The position numbers and the translations under genes are program-made. Positions 1 to 9,275 of a DNA stretch of 64,000 bases are shown here, piece by piece. Under the pieces are notes generated by a model, which saw only the letters and a program-made list of their open reading frames with translations, made no database searches and had not been told where the DNA came from. The stretch spans positions 1,810-65,809 of the forward strand of contig CALXWZ010000001.1 in NCBI GenBank assembly GCA_944392555.1. Reading direction: 5' to 3'. The DNA comes from an uncultured Alphaproteobacteria bacterium (lineage in GTDB: Bacteria; Pseudomonadota; Alphaproteobacteria; CAAHEQ01; UBA3637). Each line of letters begins with the position of its first letter. Position 1 is the first letter of the stretch.

Positions 1-1266
1 CCTTTTTAACACCGTTGGATTATTCACTACCAAATCACATATGGACTCAATACCTTTTATATATGTATTCACAATATTCTCCTCATCTTTAAAAGCCCAA
101 ACAGGAAGTTTTATCGCATTTTTATAAAATAAAATTGCATTTGAGTAATCATCATCGTTTTGGTTATGGTCTGTACTATTATAAAGACGTGGCATAATTT
201 TACTTTTTTCTGTAAACAAAGGAAAATTGTGAACCGGAGCAGTAGATCCTGGACGATCAACCTCTTTTAGTCCAATAAAATGTAGAGCCTCACAAAACTC
301 ATCAATAGATACTCCATTTGAGAATCTATCATCATACTGCAAAATAAAGGCATACCAGCTTGGACTTTTATTTTCATAAGATGGCACCTTTAAAAAAGGA
401 TATTTAGCAAAAGACGATATCATTTTTTCTGCATATATATTTTTTTGTGCAATAAACTCATCTAAATGAGAAAATTGCTCAAGTGCTATTGATATAGCAA
501 TGGGGTGTGCCCTAAATTTTAACCCCATCCCAGTTAATGAAAATTTTGACAATTCATAATTTTCAGGTATTTCTTGTTTACAACGCTTATTGTAATGCCC
601 TTGCAAAGTGGCTCGATAATAAATTTCTTCATTATTCGTCAACATAATGCCACCCTCTCCTCCGGTAATAATTTTCTGACCTTGTAGACTCCAAGCAGCA
701 GCATCTCCAAAAGTACCTACCTTTTGACCTTTATATGTGGCACCATGAGCATGTGAACAGTCTTCTAATAAATAAAGATTCCTTTTCTTACATAAATGGC
801 TTATCTCGTCCATATCACAAGGCATTCCCCACATATGAGTAACAATTACCGCTTTTGTTCTATCCGTAATCTTCTTTTTTATCTCTGCAACTGTAATATT
901 GCCCGTTGCATCACAATCACAAAAGACGGGGGTTGCACCTGTATAAATAACTGGACTGATTGTTGCAAAAAAAGTATATGTTGGTGCAATAATTTCATCT
1001 CCTGGCTGCAACCCAATCCCTTCAAACATAGAAAAAATGGCATTTGTTCCCGAATTAGAGAGTAAAGCATACTTAACATTGTGATATTCCGAAAAAGAAT
1101 CCTCAAATTCTTTAAGAATACCTGATCTATTATAAATAGATATACTTTTATGTAATTGATTGATTACATTTTTTTCTACGTTTTTTGTTATTCTTGGCCA
1201 AACATAATGCTCATTTGAATCAAAATGAATATTACATTTAATATCATTTAGTACAGTACTAATCAT
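1..1266 (-). CDS. DegT/DnrJ/EryC1/StrS-family PLP-dependent sugar aminotransferase; 3' end (C-terminus) runs off the window start
   Basis: Minus-strand translation starting at ATG 1266..1264 gives MISTVLNDIKCN...YALLSNSGTNAIFSMFEGIG...IIAPTYTFFATISPV...KAVIVTHMWGMPCDMDEISHLCKKRNLYLLEDCSHAHGATYKGQKVGTFGDAAAWSLQGQKIITGGEGGIML. These are typical DegT motifs (HxxG.P.DMD, EDxxxAxGAxYKG, GDxxxFS..KxITxGEGG). The frame stays open to position 1 (>422 codons). Two nt separate it from the upstream oxidoreductase stop. AT-rich. Confidence 0.8.
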   Translation of the reverse strand, partial: MISTVLNDIKCNIHFDSNEHYVWPRITKNVEKNVINQLHKSISIYNRSGILKEFEDSFSEYHNVKYALLSNSGTNAIFSMFEGIGLQPGDEIIAPTYTFFATISPVIYTGATPVFCDCDATGNITVAEIKKKITDRTKAVIVTHMWGMPCDMDEISHLCKKRNLYLLEDCSHAHGATYKGQKVGTFGDAAAWSLQGQKIITGGEGGIMLTNNEEIYYRATLQGHYNKRCKQEIPENYELSKFSLTGMGLKFRAHPIAISIALEQFSHLDEFIAQKNIYAEKMISSFAKYPFLKVPSYENKSPSWYAFILQYDDRFSNGVSIDEFCEALHFIGLKEVDRPGSTAPVHNFPLFTEKSKIMPRLYNSTDHNQNDDDYSNAILFYKNAIKLPVWAFKDEENIVNTYIKGIESICDLVVNNPTVLKR

Positions 1267-2299
1267 TTTCTCCTCCAATTTCATATTGTTCTAAAATTTC
1301 TTGTGGTTTTATTGAGGTGTTTGTCCTATTTGATTTATATGCCGCCTCAATAAGAGCTATATGCTTAAAATGCTCTTGATACAAATCAGAAAATGCATCC
1401 CCACATTTTATTTTTTGCACAAAAAAACTTAGTTGTTTTGCTAAGATATCTTGTTTTTTATCTTTACAAAGCAAACATTCTACTTCCTCTCCATGTTTAT
1501 CAAACCTTCTTATTCCTTCTTTCTGCAATTCTATCCTACCATCCGTACCATAAACAATTAATTTTTCCTCTTTTTTAGGATAAACTCTTGAGATAATCAA
1601 ATTTCCAAGAATTTTTTCATCTTCTGATGGTACATTATAATCAAACATTAACAGAGCCGTATCTTCAACATCATACGTTTGTCCAACCCTATTGCCACGA
1701 CTCAATTTTGCTGTAATCGTCTGAGGTAACCCCATGTACCAAATCAACAAATCAACATAATGATACCCCATATCTATTAATGCTCCACCCCCAGCATGGA
1801 GTTTAGAAGATCGCCAACCTTGCTCTAAATTCTCAATATTTAAGGTATAGCGACCTTCTATAGAAAAAATCTTCCCAATTCTTTTTTTGAATTCTAAAAA
1901 GGACTGAAAAATTGGATCAAATCTGCTTTGTAAAGTAATTCCTAGAAATACATTGTAATGCTTAACCACTTTATGTATTTCTAATGCCTCCATCATGTTG
2001 GTAGCAAACGGCTTTTCCTTTATTATATAAATATGTTTTTTTGCCAAACTTTTAATAATTGGTAAATACGCATCATGCGGAACAGCCACAATTGCAATAT
2101 CTGGAACTACTTTTAACAACATTTCATCTACAGAATTAAAGTATGGAACATTATATTTTTCAGAAATCTCTATAGATATTTTTTCATTTCTATCACATAC
2201 CGCCACAAGTTCGAGATCAGAACATTCCATTATTGCCGGCAAATGATCAGATCAAGATTGATGGCCCAAGCCAATTAAAGCAATTTTTACTTTAGTCAT
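1259..2299 (-). pseudogene. Gfo/Idh/MocA-family NAD(P)-dependent oxidoreductase; N-terminal Rossmann segment (MTKVKIALIGLGHQS) separated from the rest by an in-frame TGA at 2252..2254
   Basis: ORF track 1259..2242 (327 aa) has Gfo/Idh/MocA character (EKPFA motif, C-terminal oxidoreductase domain). ATG at 2299..2297 encodes MTKVKIALIGLGHQS-TGA-SDHLPAIMECSDLELVAVCD in the SAME frame. The dinucleotide-binding G-x-G loop therefore lies upstream of the stop. Confidence 0.6.
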
Positions 2300-2569
2300 A
2301 TTTCCTCTTATTTAAAGACCAAATTACTACTTAAGTGTACATGAATAGATAATTAAAATCAACAAAAATATTCCAAATATTCTTATTCTATATGTGTTCA
2401 ATTGCAAACTTTTCATTTCCATCCTTTATTCCCATGATACCAATCGGAAGCAATTCGCTCATTAAAGCCATATCAAAATCAAGGTTTTTTGCTATTTCAA
2501 AAGCCATAGATAAATCAGGCTCGGGAAGTTTAAGCAATACCTCCCAAGCCTGATAACCCTCGGTTGTTT

Positions 2570-3103
2570 TTAGGGCTGTGGTGTTGTATCGGCACTTTTC
2601 GAGTGGGCAGTAAATTTTTTTGCCACACCCTTGGCAATAGCTTCTCCCGTTTCCAAAGTGCCACTTGGCTCGGGAGTATAGGCGTTTTTTTCGGCCTCAA
2701 GTAATTCTTGAATGCCACAGTATTGTTGACGGAAGTTTTCAGCAATCAACCAAAAGTTAGAAAACAGTTCTTCTAATTTTTCCGGTGTGAGTGGTGCTTT
2801 TTCATCACTGTTAGCTTCCAAAACACCGTCCCATTCGATGATCCCGGCCAGCGCAAGACCTAAAATCAATTGCTGATCGGCAAAAGCTTCACGCTTAGTC
2901 TGGTTTTCTAAGTCCGGTAGTGTATTATCTTTGATGCCGTTTTCACGTGCATCTTTAACACGCGCGGCTACATCGGCGACCTTTGAATTCATATAGGCTT
3001 TTGCCTCATAGAATACGGAAGATGTACAGGGTTTAACTTTTACCCGGACACCCATTCCCAAATCCAACCAGTAAGGCTCATTCTTAAACTTTAACTTTAA
3101 CAT
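2570..3103 (-). CDS. phage structural-region hypothetical protein (downstream of capsid gene)
   Basis: 177-aa ORF. Its start ATG overlaps the stop of the putative capsid gene (translational coupling). No recognisable motif. Confidence 0.4.
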   Translation of the reverse strand: MLKLKFKNEPYWLDLGMGVRVKVKPCTSSVFYEAKAYMNSKVADVAARVKDARENGIKDNTLPDLENQTKREAFADQQLILGLALAGIIEWDGVLEANSDEKAPLTPEKLEELFSNFWLIAENFRQQYCGIQELLEAEKNAYTPEPSGTLETGEAIAKGVAKKFTAHSKSADTTPQP

Positions 3104-4044
3104 TAGTATTCCTCCATATCGTTATACAATTGAACAGTTACCATTTTGCCGAGTGTCGGTTCCTTGGCTCCTTGGAAGTCATAGGAACACTCAACACCAC
3201 CCGGACCATTCACCGAGCGTTTTGGTTTGGGCAGATAGACCTCATGACAGGTTATGACCAGTTTTTGAGTGTCGGATATTTGATAGCCGAGTTCCAAGTC
3301 AACCGGAGTGCCGGCACGAGCCTTATCCATCAAAGCGTTGTCACCATACCTGACCGAAATCGAACCGGACAAAGAGGCAACGCCCAAGTCAATGGCTTCC
3401 ACTTTGCCGTCATTTCGGATCGTTTCAATCTTTTCAAGGTTGTTTGAGTAAGTGACACTTGCCGATGTAATATTGGCCAATGCTTTACCTTCAGACTTGA
3501 TGAAGCCTTGGAATTGAGAAAAACGGGTATAAGTCAGTACATCGGGACTTGCCGCAATAGTTGTATTTGAGGCTGTTTCACCTTGAGCCAATAAGGACAC
3601 CGTTACTTGGGCTTCACCAGATCGGGCGAAGTTAAAGGCTATGCTGTCAGCTTTGACACCCAAGAAACGGATAAACTCCGGTACTTCGGGTAAGCCAACT
3701 TCCAGCGTATAACTGGGCAGAGAAACCTTGCCACTTTCAAAGGTATGTGTAAAAGCACTACCATCTTCAGCGGTTGTCGGAGTGCCAAATATAGCTTTGA
3801 GCCAAATACCGATGTTTCTTAAATCCACCGGCACAGCCAATTCACCACCGACAATAATCACATCTTGGAACGGTGTTGTCGGGTCTCGACCCAATCCCAA
3901 CACGTTAGATGAAATCAAGCCTTGTTCACTGTCTATGGTGCTTGATGCAAACGGCACTTGCGTGTATTTACCGTCAGAAAGCGTGCCGTAGGTACTTTCT
4001 TCAGCAATTAATAATTTGGCATTCCAGCCGTAAGCTCTAGCCAT
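3103..4044 (-). CDS. putative phage major capsid protein
   Basis: 313-aa ORF in head-gene context (portal, protease and decoration protein upstream on the same strand). Composition and size fit lambda E-like / P2-like MCPs. No diagnostic motif verified. Confidence 0.5.
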   Translation of the reverse strand: MARAYGWNAKLLIAEESTYGTLSDGKYTQVPFASSTIDSEQGLISSNVLGLGRDPTTPFQDVIIVGGELAVPVDLRNIGIWLKAIFGTPTTAEDGSAFTHTFESGKVSLPSYTLEVGLPEVPEFIRFLGVKADSIAFNFARSGEAQVTVSLLAQGETASNTTIAASPDVLTYTRFSQFQGFIKSEGKALANITSASVTYSNNLEKIETIRNDGKVEAIDLGVASLSGSISVRYGDNALMDKARAGTPVDLELGYQISDTQKLVITCHEVYLPKPKRSVNGPGGVECSYDFQGAKEPTLGKMVTVQLYNDMEEY

Positions 4045-4169
4045 TTTGGAATTCCTTTCATTTTCATAGAGTTTGATTTTAGATTTTTATAAAAATCCAC
4101 GTAATTGAACCGGTATTGCTAATTTCCTCACTAACAACGTTCGTCAATAAGCAATTACCTCGTTCAGTT

Positions 4170-4595
4170 TCATTTTAATGCGTTTATTGTTGAATACTGT
4201 AAAACCACTGGGATAACAGCCGCCTTGATTAACGGAGCACCTTCGATATAGTCCTCAATAATTTCAGGCGGTTTAGGATAAATAAAGTCCGTCAAACCGG
4301 TCAGGTTTACATCTGATGAGAGCAACTCACCAATTTTTTCGAGGAGTTCATCCAAGAGTTTATCTCTATCCTCAGATTTAACCGCTTGAACAATGACCTC
4401 TACTTCAGCCTCATGATTAAACAGACAAATTGGCGGAGACAGAAGTATTTCCGGAACACCTTGCTTGCCGTCTCGCATAATCACAAGACCTGATGCCGGT
4501 ATTTTTTGCGGAGCGATTTCGTTCCTCTTAACCACAACATCTAGTGTTTTAAGCCTTGCAAATAAGGCATTTAGTATCATCTCTCGTTTAGTCAT
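4170..4595 (-). CDS. phage head/connector-region hypothetical protein
   Basis: Track ORF 4170..4769. Plausible start is M59 (MTKREMILNALFARLKTLD...), which overlaps the upstream ORF stop by 8 nt. Confidence 0.4.
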   Translation of the reverse strand: MTKREMILNALFARLKTLDVVVKRNEIAPQKIPASGLVIMRDGKQGVPEILLSPPICLFNHEAEVEVIVQAVKSEDRDKLLDELLEKIGELLSSDVNLTGLTDFIYPKPPEIIEDYIEGAPLIKAAVIPVVLQYSTINALK

Positions 4596-5163
4596 CTTCA
4601 CTCCAATTCTGAACGATGAGTGACGGGACTTTTTCCTGCCACTTTTTGCTTTCTGTTTCAAAGTTGATGATTTTGGGCATCTTGACTTGAGGGACAAGAA
4701 TAAAGGCGATGATCGTCTTTTTCCTTTGCTCGTGAACCAAGAACGAAGCACCACGTGACCGATAAACAAATCTTAGTTTTACACCTTTAGACCTCTCATA
4801 AAGTGCCGGTGTCATCCGTTTTCCATAGGCTCTTTTTTTAATTGCCGTTGTTGGGACGGCAAGCCAAAAGCCATTGGGCGAGCGAATGACACTTGCAAAT
4901 TCAAAGCCTTCCATTATTTTGGGTGCTTTGGTATAAACGACACCTGCGGCAGAGATACTTTTCTTAGATTTAGGATAAGTATCACCACGCCAAGTATTGG
5001 CCAACCGGTTACCCAAACCGGCGGCTTTTATTTGATTTCTCATCGTGGTTTTTAGCCCATCGGTCGCTTGCCTGATACCGTTTGTGACAGCTTCGGCTCC
5101 CGACCGATAGTGTTCTTCCATATATTCTTCCAAGTTCCCTTCAAGTGCCGCTTTTAGTCGCAT
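4588..5163 (-). CDS. phage head/connector-region hypothetical protein
   Basis: 191-aa ORF in the same strand and operon as the head genes. Confidence 0.4.
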   Translation of the reverse strand: MRLKAALEGNLEEYMEEHYRSGAEAVTNGIRQATDGLKTTMRNQIKAAGLGNRLANTWRGDTYPKSKKSISAAGVVYTKAPKIMEGFEFASVIRSPNGFWLAVPTTAIKKRAYGKRMTPALYERSKGVKLRFVYRSRGASFLVHEQRKKTIIAFILVPQVKMPKIINFETESKKWQEKVPSLIVQNWSEDD

Positions 5164-5411
5164 GAGCTAGTCCCCCGTCACCCGGATATTTAATTATCCG
5201 GTGTTTAAAAAATGATTTGATACAAAGAATTTCTTTGCAGATGGTGGAGAACACCATCAAAAAGAAATGATGTAGTTGCGGATAATTTTTTAATCATCCA
5301 TTGGACAAGTTAAATTTTACCTCTAAATGGCATGCTTTTATCAAAATGTATATGCGATACATTTTTTCTAACACCATTTGTTTATAAATAAAATTTAATC
5401 TTGCCGGATGA

Positions 5412-5720
5412 CTAAATATCCGAGTGTCGGTGGACTTCGGCACGCCACACAAGTCGGTGTTGTTCTCGTCTTGGGTCTGACATAACCCGATATGTCGCAC
5501 CGCCACATTCAAATGTGTCGCCAACGGCCAAATCAGGTGCATCAGAAACCCTTACTCTGATTAAAGTTGTGGGAGAAATGGTATTCGCAAAACCAACTTC
5601 TCCTACATCATCAGGTGCAAAGACTAAGATCGGAACGGTCTTACCGTTATACTCCGCCGGTTGCCCCAGTCTCAGGAACAGACTGTCCACCGCTTTGTTT
5701 ATCATCGGGTTTATTGTCAT
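5412..5720 (-). CDS. small phage head-associated protein (hypothetical)
   Basis: 102-aa ORF. Overlaps the low-complexity C-terminus of the decoration-like ORF by ~70 nt. Confidence 0.35.
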   Translation of the reverse strand: MTINPMINKAVDSLFLRLGQPAEYNGKTVPILVFAPDDVGEVGFANTISPTTLIRVRVSDAPDLAVGDTFECGGATYRVMSDPRREQHRLVWRAEVHRHSDI

Positions 5721-6117
5721 TGTTTGCTCCTTGCTTTTCTTCAGGTTTTACTTGAGGTTTTTGTGGCGGATTTTGAGGTGCCGGAGCCTTTTTAATTCTT
5801 TCGGCAATGCTTTTATTTCTGAGTTTGTCTGTTAGAGTTGCCACATCAACAGAAGCTTTCAACGCCGACAAGTTAAATTCGCCTGTTAAATAGATAACGG
5901 CTTGTTTATCTTCGGCTGAAGCATCAACAGTTTCGGCTAAAATTGCCTCAGGCTCAGTTGAACAGATGGTGTATTTACCGTCTGATTTGCTCAATATCGT
6001 TCCTTTTTCATAGGAACCACCTGTGATTGTGGCCAAAATGCCAACTCTTGGAAACTCACCGGCGAGTAAGTTATCGACTGTTGAAGTTCCTAAATCCTTA
6101 AATCCTTGTACTGTCAT
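5647..6117 (-). CDS. phage head decoration protein (lambda gpD-like) with Pro/Gln/Lys-rich C-terminal extension
   Basis: N-terminal VDNLLAGEFPRVGILATITGGSYEKGTILSK matches the LLAGDFP...G...GTVLG pattern of D-family decoration proteins. Sits immediately downstream of the protease/scaffold gene. Confidence 0.5.
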   Translation of the reverse strand: MTVQGFKDLGTSTVDNLLAGEFPRVGILATITGGSYEKGTILSKSDGKYTICSTEPEAILAETVDASAEDKQAVIYLTGEFNLSALKASVDVATLTDKLRNKSIAERIKKAPAPQNPPQKPQVKPEEKQGANNDNKPDDKQSGGQSVPETGATGGV

Positions 6118-7502
6118 TATTTGCCCTCCATAGTATATGATGCAATACGAGCAGCGACCATATCCGGTGTTTCTTCCTGTTCTTCAACAGAAGGCGAAAT
6201 GTTCGGATTTGGCACGCTTGCCATGGCTTTTTCAAAGTCTGTTGATTTTTGGGCTGTCGGAATAGTTCCTAAAACAGCCAAGATGTCAGAAGCTGACATA
6301 TCTGTTTTTGCGAGTAACATTTGAGCGGTTTCTTCTTTACCTTTTACAAGTTCGGAAGCGAATACTTGGCTCATGCGTTCACGCTCGGCCATCTTAATGT
6401 CCTCGGCCGAAAAGGTGGGTTTTTGTTCATTCATGAATGATTTCTCCGTTGGGGACGTATTTCCAGCTAATTGACAAATATGGTGCTGACAAAAATCATT
6501 TGATACTAAGGATTTGTTCGCAAATGATGTTTTTTCATCATTAAGAAAAAATCCTGACGTAGTCGGATTATTTTTGTCGCATCCATCTGGACAAGGTAAA
6601 AATTGCTTTTTAACTGCTGAATTTTTCAAATGTGTAGAATCGACTACACTTTGTGAAAAATCCATTGTTCTAAAACAATTTTTACTCTTGCCATTTTTGC
6701 CTATTAACTGGTAATACGTCCCTGTGTTAAGGTCTGACACCAATTCCTCGAATGAGGACACGCCGTCCGCCAGACCGATACTGACGGCTTTTTGTCCAAC
6801 AAACACATCTCCGCCACCGAAGTTTTCAATAACTTCCTTCGGGGAGATATCCCTGTTAAGCGCAACTTTATTGATAAAAACATCAGCCAACGCATCAACG
6901 TGCTCTTGAATTTTGGCTTTACCTTCCTCGGTTTCCACGTTCGGACGTTTATTCGGACTTTGCGATGAAACAATCTCTATGGTTTTGTTTTCATCATCCT
7001 TTTCAAAAATGGAAACCACACCGATTGAACCGATGACAGCTGTATCGGTTGCATAAATCTTGTCACAGGCTGAGGCAATCCAATAAGCACCCGAGCAACA
7101 GTAACCGGATGCATAAGCGACAATCGGCTTTGTGCCACGAGCCTTATAAATCATATCGGCAACTTCCGAACAGCCGTTAACTTCGCCACCCGGACTGTCT
7201 ACGTCGAGCAAGATGGCTTGAACGCTTGGATCTTTAAGGGCTTTATTAAAGTCCTGAGCGAAAAGCTCGTAAGAGGTTGCACCACAAATACGAGTTAACA
7301 GGTTTGCATACCTGAACAATGGGCCGGCAACCCTGATAACAGCAACGCCGTCTCGGATAGAAACGGCGTTTGTGTTTTTCATCTCTTTACCCATTTCCTT
7401 GGCAATGGCTTCAGGACTTTTGTTCGTTTCCCTCGCTATCGTCATCATTGTCGTCAGCATTTCTGGCATTATCGCCCAAACGGTCTTGTTTAATAGTTTC
7501 AT
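6117..7502 (-). CDS. phage prohead protease (S49/SppA-ClpP family) fused to scaffold-like C-terminal region (lambda C/Nu3-like)
   Basis: LLDVDSPGGEVNG...AYASGYCCSGAYWIASACDKIYATDTAVIGSIGVV are S49 serine-peptidase motifs. Long charged/low-complexity C-terminal half. Directly downstream of the portal gene. Confidence 0.75.
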   Translation of the reverse strand: MKLLNKTVWAIMPEMLTTMMTIARETNKSPEAIAKEMGKEMKNTNAVSIRDGVAVIRVAGPLFRYANLLTRICGATSYELFAQDFNKALKDPSVQAILLDVDSPGGEVNGCSEVADMIYKARGTKPIVAYASGYCCSGAYWIASACDKIYATDTAVIGSIGVVSIFEKDDENKTIEIVSSQSPNKRPNVETEEGKAKIQEHVDALADVFINKVALNRDISPKEVIENFGGGDVFVGQKAVSIGLADGVSSFEELVSDLNTGTYYQLIGKNGKSKNCFRTMDFSQSVVDSTHLKNSAVKKQFLPCPDGCDKNNPTTSGFFLNDEKTSFANKSLVSNDFCQHHICQLAGNTSPTEKSFMNEQKPTFSAEDIKMAERERMSQVFASELVKGKEETAQMLLAKTDMSASDILAVLGTIPTAQKSTDFEKAMASVPNPNISPSVEEQEETPDMVAARIASYTMEGK

Positions 7503-7624
7503 GGTTTTCTCCTAATGTTAAACCTAATTCGGCAAGTTTGGCAGTTTGCCTATCGCACGTTTTGTTATCAGCATTTTACCGGTAATCCGGCGAAAGGAAC
7601 CAGAAAAACTAATTTTCCTCGCTA

Positions 7625-9040
7625 TCAACGCTCGTCAAAAAGTTTTTTCATACGTTCCTTTTCTCTTGCTCGTTGTTCTAAAACTTCTTCCCAGTCTAAG
7701 CCTTGACCGGCACATTCAGCCTCTAAGGTTGAAAGTCCTATCTCCATTCGGATTTGGCAGGCTTGGGCTTCCTTAACCGGATCAACCCAGCCACGACCGG
7801 GACCGATCCACTTACACCTTGTGTATGCATAGCGGTTCTCATAAAAGTCAGGAGCATCAACTAATCCTTTATTAACGGCTTCTTCAAGCCATAGCTCATA
7901 AACCGGTGTCGCCCAATAGTCAGCAAGCCATTGTCTGCGGCCGTTGAAATATCGCCAAGCTTCAAGCAAAGCTGAACGTGCGGACGAGTAATTGGTCTTT
8001 GAGAAGTCTTTTAACAGCAACTCATACGGAATGTTTAATCCGGTTCCGATGTGTCGGAGCAAGTTTTCAACGAAAGCACCATATGCCGAGTTCGGACGAG
8101 AGGGCGTAAACGGTGCGATTTTATCCCCGGGGAATATCGGAATAATAGAGCCGCCCTCTAACTTAACTTGCCAATCTTTTTTGGCATTCAAGTATTCATC
8201 GCTTGAACCACCGAACAGTTCGTTTAAGCCTTCATTATCCATCGGCGTTTCAATAAATGCGGCAATCATTGCATTCACAATGGCGGCCTGCAGTTCTGAC
8301 CGCTCATAATGATCGAGCATTTTGAACATCGGCATAATGGAAGAGAGGACAGGCTTTCCGCGTGTTTGACCAATTCGGTCAATATCGCGAACGTGGATGA
8401 CACGGCGTCGACCAAAAGGAGTAAAAGCCGGCACACGAAGCCATTTATAAAACGCAGTTCCTGTCCAAAAGTCACCAGGATGATTTTTTAAAATATGATA
8501 AGCTATTGGCGCACCATATTTATCAATTTCAATTCCACCGCGCATAGTTTCTGTATCAGATTGGTTGTTGGGGTTGGAAAGTCGGTCTGGTTCAACCAGT
8601 TGAATCGCGGTTGAAAAAGGGCGATTTTCTAACCACAGGGGCAAAGCTAGTGCTTCACTATTTACCATGCAAGATTTAAAAATTTGAGTCGTCAACCCGT
8701 TAAAAGTCAACGACTTTGCGGCATCGCAGTTAAATGTTTCTGCCCAAGACCGCCAAAGGCTTTCCACCTTTATTTGCCATTCTTCTTCCCATTCCTTGGT
8801 TTTGCCCAACGCTTTATAGTCAGGTTTGGCCGACAGACGAAATCCGGTACCAACAATATTATCCGTCAGGGTTTGAATGGCGCCACTTGCAACACCATGA
8901 TTACGTGACAGGTCGCGAGAACGGGCAACCATCGTTGATAATTCCGGTAATAAATCACTATCAGCAGAGCCATTTCCTGATTGCCATGAGGCGATTTCCC
9001 GCAACGCATGAGATGCGGCTTTATATGATGTATCTGTCAT
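7625..9040 (-). CDS. phage portal protein (lambda B-like)
   Basis: 471-aa ORF immediately upstream of the S49 protease on the same strand. Size and gene order are typical of a lambda-family portal. Confidence 0.6.
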   Translation of the reverse strand: MTDTSYKAASHALREIASWQSGNGSADSDLLPELSTMVARSRDLSRNHGVASGAIQTLTDNIVGTGFRLSAKPDYKALGKTKEWEEEWQIKVESLWRSWAETFNCDAAKSLTFNGLTTQIFKSCMVNSEALALPLWLENRPFSTAIQLVEPDRLSNPNNQSDTETMRGGIEIDKYGAPIAYHILKNHPGDFWTGTAFYKWLRVPAFTPFGRRRVIHVRDIDRIGQTRGKPVLSSIMPMFKMLDHYERSELQAAIVNAMIAAFIETPMDNEGLNELFGGSSDEYLNAKKDWQVKLEGGSIIPIFPGDKIAPFTPSRPNSAYGAFVENLLRHIGTGLNIPYELLLKDFSKTNYSSARSALLEAWRYFNGRRQWLADYWATPVYELWLEEAVNKGLVDAPDFYENRYAYTRCKWIGPGRGWVDPVKEAQACQIRMEIGLSTLEAECAGQGLDWEEVLEQRAREKERMKKLFDER

Positions 9041-9275
9041 TTAATTTTTCCATAAAAATGAATCCACCGGCAACGCCGGTGGTTCTTTCCTAATGTCTAT
9101 AAGGCTAAATTGTACTTTCACATACGCACTTTAAGCGTATAACGATTTGGATTATCGATTATTAATTATTATCTGTAAACGGATCTAAATCCAAAGTAAG
9201 TTGATTTAATTCAGGATTACTTATTAATTGGTCTTCCATATATGATCCACTCCATACTTCACTCTCTATTATTTC

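Noticed and set aside
796-1106. ORFs 796..1065(+) and 879..1106(-) from the six-frame track
   Set aside because: Both lie inside, or antisense to, the well-supported DegT-type aminotransferase reading frame; Cys-rich nonsense translation.
2252-2254. In-frame TGA as selenocysteine or as evidence of genetic code 4/25 (TGA = Trp/Gly)
   Set aside because: No SECIS-like hairpin follows. The family is not a selenoprotein family. Neighbouring AT-rich genes encode Trp with TGG and end with TGA stops, and all other long ORFs in the window are uninterrupted.
2387-2570. Possible frameshifted C-terminal extension of the 177-aa phage ORF (open frame ...TALKTTEGYQAWEVLLKLPEPDLSMAFEIAKNL... down to ~2387)
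   Set aside because: No homopolymer or obvious lesion at the junction and no recognisable domain. Could equally be a short independent ORF; insufficient evidence.
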